Source of the DNA: Candidatus Eiseniibacteriota bacterium | GTDB taxonomy: Bacteria; Eisenbacteria; RBG-16-71-46; JABDJR01 | NCBI GenBank assembly: GCA_963762255.1 | Contig: CAVXKA010000003.1 | Coordinates: forward strand, 704,001 to 768,000 | Length of the DNA stretch: 64,000 nt | Direction: 5' to 3' | Shown here: positions 34,605-42,406 of the stretch, one piece after another | How positions within the stretch are numbered: the stretch's first letter is position 1 | Layout of the letters: every line of letters begins with the position of its first letter | The notes under the pieces: generated by a model | Database searches by the model: none | Told to the model about the DNA's origin: nothing | The model's input: only the letters and a program-made list of their open reading frames with translations | Position numbers and translations under genes: made by a program

Positions 34605-35880
34605 GAACCCTGAAGCCACCGCCGCTCCACCTCGCGCCGCAGCTCGACCAGGGAAACGCCGCGGCGGCGCGCCAGCGCCGAGAGATCCTCGTACTCCGCG
34701 TGCGGGCGCTCCTCACCGTCGGGCAGGATGGCCACCTTGACTCGCACCTCCCCGTCCTCGAGCCGCACCGTATCGATCCGACGCGCGAGTTCCAGGCGCT
34801 CTTCGATCCGCCACCGGGCGCCGAGCGATGACGACTCCCGCACCACGCGCGCGGCGAATTCCTCGACCCTCTCCGGGGAGGAGAGCACCCGCAGAAGGAA
34901 ACCGGGGCGGCTCTTCTTCATGATCATCGGCGTGAGGGTCGCATCGAGGGCTCCCGCATCGAGGAGCGACCCGATCAGGTGCCCGGCGTCCTCGGGGGTG
35001 CAATCGTCGAGGGCGGCCTCGAGGACGGCTACCCGTACGCGGGGCACGGATCCGGTGAGGCCTTCCCCGACCACCAGACGTGCGAGGTTCGGCCGATGCG
35101 CGGGGTCCTTCCCCCCGCCCCGTAGCCGGTGCGCTCGGGTCGCAACGCGAACTCCGCCGGAACAGGCTCCGCGTGCACCGCCAGGAGCGCCGCGCCGGTG
35201 GGGGTGGTGAGTTCCCCCGCCCCCTCTTCGAAGATGCAGGAGCGCCCGTCGAGAAGATCGAGGGTGGCGGGAGCGGGAATGGGGAGCACCCCGTGCGCCG
35301 CGTGCGCGACTCCGCCCCCTACCGCCACCGGACCGTGGTAGAGACGGTCGAACCCCAACGCGCGCAGGCCGGCAGCGGCCCCGACAACGTCGGCGATGGC
35401 GTCCCACGAGCCCACCTCGTGGAACTCCACCGCATGCGGGGGGCGGCCGTGAAGGCGTCCCTCCACGTCGGCCAAGCGGGCGAACACGCGTCGTGCCCCA
35501 TCCCGCACCGTCGCGTCCAACGAGGCGCGGTCGAGGAGGCGGATGATCTCCGAGTAGGGACGGTGAACGGGGTGGTCGTGCCCGCCGATGGGGTGCCCGT
35601 GCGCTCCGCCAGGGTGGTCGTGCGCGTGGTCGTGGGCATGCGACGCGGCCTCCACCGGGCCGCCGGTCTCTTGAACGGGAGCGCCGTCCAGAAGCACGTC
35701 GACCTTGATCCCGCGAAGCCCGGCCCGGGTCACCTCGCTCGCGCGCAGGTCGACGCGGTCGCCCCCCACCGCGCGCACCGCGTCGCGCAGCGTATCCAGC
35801 GGGGCGCCGGCGTCCACAAGGGCGCCCAGAAACATATCTCCAGATATTCCAGAGGGAAGGTGAAAAATTCCAACCCGCAT
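34601..35880 (-). CDS. larC: nickel pincer cofactor biosynthesis protein LarC (frameshift near 35113)
   Basis: SGISGDMFLGALVDAG, His-rich linker, FHEVGSWDAIAD, PAPATL, ELTTPTGAA, GYGAG. Continues in another frame as KDPAHRPNLAR...LDD...MKKSRPG...ESSSLGAR...VRVK...EYED. One added G gives 426 aa. Confidence 0.92.
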
Positions 35881-36665
35881 CAGTCGCGCCTTTCCCCGGT
35901 TTCCGCTCCCGGAGCGGCGGCCAGCCGGGCGATCAAGGCGGCGGCGTAACCCGCGGAGAATCCGTTGTCGATGTTCACGACCGTCACCCCGGACGCGCAG
36001 GAGTTGAGCATGGCGAGCAAGGGGGTCAGCCCGCCGAAATGCGCGCCGTAGCCGACGCTGGTGGGCACCGCGATAACCGGGCGATCCGTCAGCCCTCCCA
36101 CCACCGAGGGGAGCGCTCCTTCCATGCCGGCCACCACGACCAGCGCCGCCGCACGGTGAAGCAGGTCTTGGTGGCGCAGGATGCGATGCAGGCCGGCCAC
36201 GCCGACGTCCCGCAGCCGCTCCACCGGCGCCCCCAGCGCCTGCGCGGTCCAGGCCGCCTCCTCCGCCACCGGTTGATCGGAAGTGCCCGCCGATATCACG
36301 ACGACCAGCGCCGCCGGTGGCAGCGGCTCGGTCCCCGACCGGTGGAAGAGCCGGGCCTCGCGCACCCACGCGCCGTCCGGAAAGCGCTCGGCAAGCGCGC
36401 GCGCCGCCTCGTCGGCAAGCCGCGTGGCCAGGAGCGGAGCGCCTCCTTCCGCCACGCGCTCGGCGATGGCCAGCACCTGCTCCACGGTCTTGCGCTCGCC
36501 GAAGATCACCTCGGGAAAGCCGCACCGCAGCGCGCGCTGATGATCCACCGTCGCCTCGGCGAGGTCGTCGGCGGGAAAACCGCGCAATTCCTCCATCGCG
36601 GAGTCGGGGGCGATCTCGCCCGAGGCCACCCGTTCGAGCAGGCGCCGCAGCGACTCCGGGTTCAT
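35880..36665 (-). CDS. larB: nickel pincer cofactor biosynthesis protein LarB
   Basis: DHQRALRCGFPEVIFGERKT, SAGTSD, DVGVAGLHR, AGMEGALPS, PTSVGYG, NSCASG, VNIDNGF. Confidence 0.96.
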   Translation of the reverse strand: MNPESLRRLLERVASGEIAPDSAMEELRGFPADDLAEATVDHQRALRCGFPEVIFGERKTVEQVLAIAERVAEGGAPLLATRLADEAARALAERFPDGAWVREARLFHRSGTEPLPPAALVVVISAGTSDQPVAEEAAWTAQALGAPVERLRDVGVAGLHRILRHQDLLHRAAALVVVAGMEGALPSVVGGLTDRPVIAVPTSVGYGAHFGGLTPLLAMLNSCASGVTVVNIDNGFSAGYAAALIARLAAAPGAETGERRD

Positions 36666-37681
36666 GCCGCGGCCCCGTTCAGTGAGCCCACCGGCTCCGC
36701 AGCGGCGTCCCCCAGGGAACGGCGGTACTCCTCGAGCAATTCGATCACGCGCTCCCATTCGGGTTCCCGGAAGATCAACGGGCGAAGCCGCGCGGCATTT
36801 GGAAAACCGCGCACGTAGGCGGCCAGGGTCTTCCGCATCTCGTGCAATCCGCGCGGGAGTCCCTTGCGCGCCACCGCGCGGCGAAGGTGTTCGACGGCCA
36901 GCGCGATCACCTCATCGCGCGTCGGACGCTGGAGATCGATCCCTTCCTCCAAGAGAGAGCGTGCCTCGCGAAAGATCCAGGGATTTCCCACCGCACCGCG
37001 CCCCACCAGCACGCCGTCGCAGCCGGTTTCCTCCAGCATCCGCAACGCGTCGCGCCCGGTGCGCACGTCGCCGTTGCCGATGACCGGAATGGAAACCGCG
37101 CGTTTCAACCGCGCAATGTCGTCCCAGTTTGCCTTGCCTTCAAACCGTTCGCTGCGCGTGCGCGCATGGATGGCGATGGCGGCGATGCCGGCGCGCTCGA
37201 GGATCCCGCCGACGGCTTCGATGTCTGAAGATGCCCTGTCCCAGCCGCTGCGGATCTTGGCGGTGACCGGCACGCCCGCTCCCTGCACCACCGCGCCGGC
37301 GAGATCGGCAAGAAGGCCGCGGTTGCGCAGGAGCGCGGCTCCGGCTTCCTTGGTGACGACTTTGGGCACCGGGCAACCCATGTTGATGTCGATGAAGTCG
37401 GGCCTGAGCGCGGTCAGGAGCGCCGCCGCGCGGCCCATGGTATCCGGATCGGAGCCGAAGAGCTGCATGCCGATCGGGCGCTCGCTCTCCTCGTACTCGA
37501 GGTAGCGGTTGGAGCGCTCGCCGCCGCGGATGAGCCCCTCGCTGCTCACCAACTCGGTCACCACAAACGCAGCGCCGTAATCGCGGCAGAGACCGCGAAA
37601 CACCGGTTCGGTGTGGCCGGCCATGGGGGCCAAGCCCACCACGCCGTCAATTTGAAGGGGGCCGATGGCGAGACGATTCAT
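36662..37681 (-). CDS. dusB: tRNA-dihydrouridine synthase B
   Basis: LAPMAG, QLFGS, IDINMGCP, GAALL, KIRSGWD, IHARTR, GNGDV, GRGAVGNPWIF. Confidence 0.95.
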   Translation of the reverse strand: MNRLAIGPLQIDGVVGLAPMAGHTEPVFRGLCRDYGAAFVVTELVSSEGLIRGGERSNRYLEYEESERPIGMQLFGSDPDTMGRAAALLTALRPDFIDINMGCPVPKVVTKEAGAALLRNRGLLADLAGAVVQGAGVPVTAKIRSGWDRASSDIEAVGGILERAGIAAIAIHARTRSERFEGKANWDDIARLKRAVSIPVIGNGDVRTGRDALRMLEETGCDGVLVGRGAVGNPWIFREARSLLEEGIDLQRPTRDEVIALAVEHLRRAVARKGLPRGLHEMRKTLAAYVRGFPNAARLRPLIFREPEWERVIELLEEYRRSLGDAAAEPVGSLNGAAA

Positions 37682-37751
37682 GATTCCAATCGGTGGTTCC
37701 GGTGCAGGGACGCAGTAGGGACCGAAGGAGTCTAGCACCGGCGAGGGCCGG

Positions 37752-38453
37752 TCAGACGAGCCCGCCGTCGGCGCGGCGGCGCACCAGACGGGGCTCCACC
37801 TCGCCCAGGACCCGCGCCGCGAGTTCCGGCTTGGGTACGGTGGCGTCGAGCACGGCAAAGCGATCCGGCTCGCGGCGGGCGAGACTCAGGTAGACCTCGC
37901 GCACCGCTTCATGGAACTCGCGATACTCGCGGTCGAATCGTGTCAGGTCTCCTCCCTCCGCGCTCCGGCGTCCGACGCGGATGAGCGACTCGTCCACGGG
38001 CACGTCGAAGAGAAGGGTGAGATCGGGTCGGATCCCCGAGGCGGCGAGATCGTTGGCGGCGGCCACGCGTTCGAGACCGAGACCGCGGCCGCCCCCCTGA
38101 TACGCGAGGCTCGCGTCGCTGAAGCGATCGCAGATGACGACGTCACCGGCGTCCAGTCGCGGAAGGATCCGCTTCTGGAGATGCTGCGCTCGGGAAGCGA
38201 GGAGCATGAAGAGTTCCGCCTCGGCGACCGGCGTCTCGCCCTCGGTGCCGAGCAGAAGGCTCCGGAGGGCTTCGGCGAGCGGGGTGCCGCCCGGCTCGCG
38301 AGTTCCGTCGACTCGATAGCCGCGCTCTTCGAGGGCGGTCTTGAGCAAGCGGACGTGGGTGGTCTTGCCGCTCCCTTCGGTCCCCTCGAAGGTAAGGAAG
38401 AAGCCGCGCGGCACCCCGCTCGCGGCGCGCGCGCGCTCGAGCGGCGCTCTCAT
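37752..38453 (-). CDS. tmk: thymidylate kinase
   Basis: FEGTEGSGKTT, TREPGGT, CDRFSDASLAYQGGGRG, PDLTLLFD. ATGA overlap at 38453. Confidence 0.96.
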   Translation of the reverse strand: MRAPLERARAASGVPRGFFLTFEGTEGSGKTTHVRLLKTALEERGYRVDGTREPGGTPLAEALRSLLLGTEGETPVAEAELFMLLASRAQHLQKRILPRLDAGDVVICDRFSDASLAYQGGGRGLGLERVAAANDLAASGIRPDLTLLFDVPVDESLIRVGRRSAEGGDLTRFDREYREFHEAVREVYLSLARREPDRFAVLDATVPKPELAARVLGEVEPRLVRRRADGGLV

Positions 38454-39037
38454 AGCGTGCGCGTCCGCTCCTGCACGTGGAGCACGCGCTGAAGCGACGT
38501 GAAGAAGACGAGCGGGGTGAGTACCCAGAGAGCCACCTTCACGCCGATTCCACCGACGAAGCAGGCGATAAGGAGCAGCACCATGCGCTCGGGGCGCTCC
38601 ATCATGCCGACCTGGCAATCGACGCCGAGGCCCTCGGCGCGCGCTCGCGTGTAGCTCACGAGAAGCGAGCCTCCGGCGGCGAAGAAGGTGAGAAGCGCGT
38701 AGAGGACGGACGGTTCCACGCGAGTGAAATAGACGAGCGACCCGGCGAAGAAGAGGAGTTCGGCGAGACGGTCGCTGGTGGAATCGAAGAAGGCGCCGAA
38801 TTTCGTGCTCACGCCGCTGCTGCGCGCCACCGCGCCGTCCAGCATGTCGCACACTCCGCCGACGAGGAGCGCAACTCCGGCGCCGCGGAACGACCCGAGC
38901 GCGAGCAGAGCGCCGGAACCTGCCATCGCGACCAGCCCGGCCAGGGTGACCTGGTTGGGCGAGACGTGAAGTCGGGTCAGGCCTTCCGCTACCGGCGCCA
39001 GCGCACGGCGGCCCATATCCTTGATCGCGCTCTTCAT
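38450..39037 (-). CDS. CDP-alcohol phosphatidyltransferase, phosphatidylinositol-phosphate-synthase-like
   Basis: SPNQVT, CDMLDGAVAR...GAFFDSTSDR, SYTRARAEGLG, GMMERPER. Confidence 0.88.
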   Translation of the reverse strand: MKSAIKDMGRRALAPVAEGLTRLHVSPNQVTLAGLVAMAGSGALLALGSFRGAGVALLVGGVCDMLDGAVARSSGVSTKFGAFFDSTSDRLAELLFFAGSLVYFTRVEPSVLYALLTFFAAGGSLLVSYTRARAEGLGVDCQVGMMERPERMVLLLIACFVGGIGVKVALWVLTPLVFFTSLQRVLHVQERTRTL

Positions 39038-40083
39038 GCCCGCGCTCCCGTCCGCGCACCCAACACGGCGCGCAGCGCGCGGATCGCGCGTTCGATGCCC
39101 GCGTCGTCCACGTCGAGGTGCGTGACCAGACGGATGCGGGCGGCGCCGAAGCCTATGGCGAGTAACCCTTCCCGCTGGAGGCTTTCCACGACCTCTTCCT
39201 GCGTGCGGCCGGTGGGAGTGAAGTCGGCGATCACGATGTTCGTATCCACCGGGAACACCTCGACCCCGGGACACTCGCGAAGCGCATCGCCGAGCGTCTT
39301 CGCCCGCGCGTGGTCCTCGGCGAGGCGCTCGCGATGATGCCGCAATGCGTGCAGGGCGCCGGCGGCGATGATGCCCACCTGACGCATGCCGCCGCCAAGT
39401 CGTTTGCGCTGAAAACGCGCGCGACGGATGCGCTCCGACGTCGACGCGATCGCGGAGCCGATCGGCGCGCCGAGTCCCTTCGAAAAGCAGACGGAAACGG
39501 TGTCTGCGGACGCGGCGAGTTCTGCCGGCGCGCGACCGCCCGCAACGGCGGCGTTCCACAAGCGCGCCCCGTCGAGGTGGACGAGGAGGCCGATGTCGTG
39601 CGCGGCGCGAGCCGAGGCGTCGAACGCCTCCGGTGGCCACACCGCGCCCCCGGCACGATTGTGAGTGTTCTCGAGCCCGACCGCGACCAGCGGAGCGTAG
39701 TGCTCGTTCACTGGGCGCAACGCCGCGCGAATCTGCTCCGGCGACAGCATGCCGCGCTGTCCCGCTACCGGGCGAACGGTCACACCCCAGAGCGCGGCGG
39801 GAGCGCCGGCTTCGTAGTTCCAGATGTGGCAACCGTCGTCCACCAGGAGTTCGGTGCCCGGTCCGGCCACCAGCGACACCGAGATCTGGTTGGCCATGGT
39901 GCCGGAGGGGACGAAGAGGGCGGCCTCCTTGCCGAGAACGGCAGCGGTCTCTTCCTCGAGCCGTCGCACGGTGGGATCGTCACCCAGCACATCGTCCCCG
40001 ACTTCGGCGTCGGCTATGGCTCTGCGCATGGCCGCGGTGGGCCGGGTGACGGTGTCGCTGCGCAGATCGACGAGTGCGCTCAT
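39034..40083 (-). CDS. ltaE: low-specificity L-threonine aldolase
   Basis: DLRSDTVTRP, GDDV, SGTMANQ, LENTHN, HLDGARLWNA, CFSKGLGAP, GGGMRQ. Confidence 0.96.
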   Translation of the reverse strand: MSALVDLRSDTVTRPTAAMRRAIADAEVGDDVLGDDPTVRRLEEETAAVLGKEAALFVPSGTMANQISVSLVAGPGTELLVDDGCHIWNYEAGAPAALWGVTVRPVAGQRGMLSPEQIRAALRPVNEHYAPLVAVGLENTHNRAGGAVWPPEAFDASARAAHDIGLLVHLDGARLWNAAVAGGRAPAELAASADTVSVCFSKGLGAPIGSAIASTSERIRRARFQRKRLGGGMRQVGIIAAGALHALRHHRERLAEDHARAKTLGDALRECPGVEVFPVDTNIVIADFTPTGRTQEEVVESLQREGLLAIGFGAARIRLVTHLDVDDAGIERAIRALRAVLGARTGARA

Positions 40084-40131
40084 GCTGAATGGAGCCTCAA
40101 TGCGGGCAGATGCGCGGCCACAGCCCGGGCG

Positions 40132-40178
40132 AAAAAAAGGGACGAACCGACCCGAGCCCGATCCGGGGGTTCGTCCCT
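40132..40178 (-). terminator. Rho-independent terminator after hup
   Basis: AGGGACGAACC...GGTTCGTCCCT stem followed by a T run on the minus strand. Confidence 0.8.
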
Positions 40179-40245
40179 CAACTCAGGGCCACGCCGCACG
40201 AAGGCGGCAGCGGCACAAGCCCTCTCTCGACCGGCAGGACGGTGC

Positions 40246-40578
40246 CTAAGCGGAAGTGGACTGCGCGCCGGCGCCGGTGTGCCCGGCCGGGGCGTCGGAG
40301 TCCAGGGAAGCCACGCGATCCTTGAGCTCCTTGGACACCTTGAATACCGGCACCTTGCGCGGCGGAACGTGGACCGCGTCCCCGGTGCGCGGGTTACGCG
40401 CCGTGCGGGGCTTGCGGTCCTTTACCTTGAACGTGCCGAACCCGCGGATCTCAATGTGCTTACCCTGCACGAGCGCGCGCGACACCGCTTCCAAGAACTC
40501 ATCCACCGTGTCGGCGACGTCCTTCTTGGTGAGTCCGGTGCGCTGGGCGATTTCATCCACGAGATCTGCCTTGGTCAT
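40246..40578 (-). CDS. hup: HU/IHF family DNA-binding protein
   Basis: MTKADLVDEIA...IEIRGFGTF...RTARNPRTG...VPVFKVSKELK. AGGAGGT RBS. Confidence 0.93.
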   Translation of the reverse strand: MTKADLVDEIAQRTGLTKKDVADTVDEFLEAVSRALVQGKHIEIRGFGTFKVKDRKPRTARNPRTGDAVHVPPRKVPVFKVSKELKDRVASLDSDAPAGHTGAGAQSTSA

Positions 40579-40697
40579 TCGGAACCTCCTCTGCCCCGTT
40601 CCGGGGTCTACCCCGGCTTGGACGGTGACCGGACTGTCGCGGTGGATGGATGCACCGACGGCCGACCGACACCCCGTCCGCGGACGTATCTTGGCGG

Positions 40698-40815
40698 AAT
40701 CTACATGGTTACCCCATCCATGTCAAACGGGGTCACCGATCCCGGTCCAACCGGAGGGAAACGGTGGGCCGGAACATCCGGGCGCACTCTAGTGGAGGCT
40801 AACTTGGCCCGTCAA
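40698..40815 (-). promoter_or_regulatory. tandem sigma70 promoters upstream of hup
   Basis: TTGACA-N17-TAGATT (40726-40698) and TTGACG-N18-TAGAGT (40815-40786). Confidence 0.6.
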
Positions 40816-40839
40816 CAAGGGTTCTGAGCACGGGCCCGT

Positions 40840-41784
40840 TCAGGGCCCGAAACGTGTCAGTTCGACCAGGACCCGGCCGGGTTGGACCCCTTCAAGGCGC
40901 AGCTCCGGCGCGAGCAGGTTCACCTGGGGCGTGAGCAGGTGCCGGCCCGCAGGAAGGTTGGTGGCGTCCACGAAGACCATGATCTGACTGGAGATGGCGG
41001 AATCCGGCTGATCGGTGGGAACGGACACGGTGACCGCCGCCGACTCGGGCTCGACACGCGCAACGAGATCGGAGGCCACGCCGAGCACGGCCACCACCAG
41101 CGGCGGGAGCCGCCGGCTTTCCACATGCACGAGGGCGATCTCCACGACCACGGAGTCGGGGGATACGCGCAACCCTCCTCGTTCCGCGGTCACGCGCAGC
41201 GAGCGGCGGGTGGAAGCCTGAAGTCGATCCAGCCAGAGCGGCTCCGTTCCGAGCGATTCGATGTCGCGCAGCAGAGCGGACGGACCACTCACCTGCACCT
41301 GAGCAGGTTCGACGCGCAGAGGGCTCTCGAGTCCAAGCCCGGATGGAAGATCCCCAACCAAGGCAAGGTGTACCGGCACCCGGCGCGTCATCAAGGTGTC
41401 GATGTCGATGGTGATCGAACGCGGGGCGAGGATCTCGGTCACTTCCGGTTGCACCTTGCCCGAGATCTGCAGATCGTCTGGAGCAAGCCTGTGCTGCACC
41501 CGCCCCGGCCGCGCCTCGCGCAGATCCAGTACCACACGCGCTCCGTGCATGCGGAGCTTCAAGAAGTCCATGCCCTTCCCGCGAACGCGCAGGTCGACGG
41601 ACTCGACAGGTTCGCCGGCGAATACCAAACCGGAGGGAAGATTGCGGACTTCCAGCGGTACGCGCAGACGCCATTCCCGTTCCGCCCCCAAGCGCGCGTA
41701 GGCGAAGACCGCCATCGCGAGGAGGAGCGCCAGGAACTTGGGACCCAGATTGCGGCCGAGATCGGCCAGAGACCGGATAGCCAT
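40840..41784 (-). CDS. YbbR/CdaR family protein
   Basis: N-terminal TM KFLALLLAMAVFAY; three repeats of the form V.V.G...V.P..V.V.GP, with VLDLREARPG and VDATNLPAG. Confidence 0.85.
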   Translation of the reverse strand: MAIRSLADLGRNLGPKFLALLLAMAVFAYARLGAEREWRLRVPLEVRNLPSGLVFAGEPVESVDLRVRGKGMDFLKLRMHGARVVLDLREARPGRVQHRLAPDDLQISGKVQPEVTEILAPRSITIDIDTLMTRRVPVHLALVGDLPSGLGLESPLRVEPAQVQVSGPSALLRDIESLGTEPLWLDRLQASTRRSLRVTAERGGLRVSPDSVVVEIALVHVESRRLPPLVVAVLGVASDLVARVEPESAAVTVSVPTDQPDSAISSQIMVFVDATNLPAGRHLLTPQVNLLAPELRLEGVQPGRVLVELTRFGP

Positions 41785-41839
41785 GCCCGACATTCTAGAA
41801 GGTTCGGACCACTCCGAGGGTGACTAACGTGATCCCCCC

Positions 41840-42232
41840 CTACCGCACGATCACGCGGCCGGTGAACTCGCGACCGGCAGGAAGACGGGAAAAGTAGAAC
41901 ACGGTGTCGGGCTCGTCGAACCGAAAGACGAAAGTCTCGCCGGTGCGGTCGCCAGAGCCGTAGCCATCCAACTCCTCGTCGAACAGGACGCCGGCTTGCG
42001 GATCGGCGGGACCGGTGCCGCTCGTCACCGTGCGGCGGCTGTCCGTCCCCTGACGCAGGATGCTCACCCAGCGCACGCGCTCGCCGGCGGCGATATCGAG
42101 CGTGACCGGGAAGAAGTCCTCGGTGCGCACTTGCACCTCGTGCTCCGCATCGGGAAGGGACGCTTCATCGCCGCAGCCGGCGGCAAGCGCACCGAGGACG
42201 AGCGAACAGACGAGCAGTCGTGATCCGGACAT
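41840..42232 (-). CDS. small lipoprotein with cupredoxin-like fold, copper ligands absent
   Basis: Lipobox LAAG-C; FFPVTLDIAAGERVRW...TVTSG...FD...F.F.EP...YF...GRVIV. Confidence 0.7.
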   Translation of the reverse strand: MSGSRLLVCSLVLGALAAGCGDEASLPDAEHEVQVRTEDFFPVTLDIAAGERVRWVSILRQGTDSRRTVTSGTGPADPQAGVLFDEELDGYGSGDRTGETFVFRFDEPDTVFYFSRLPAGREFTGRVIVR

Positions 42233-42406
42233 CGGCGTGATCTCCCCGGGTTGCGCGAGTCAACAGCGCGGCGAAGGGATGCTTGAGGCCGCGCATCGGC
42301 CTGTCAAGGGTCTACGGGCTCCCATGATATACTGCCTCACCAATTTGCCGGTCGCGTCGGTGGGCCGACCCGCCGCCCGGCCCGAGCCCGAGGAGGCCCA
42401 CTCTCG

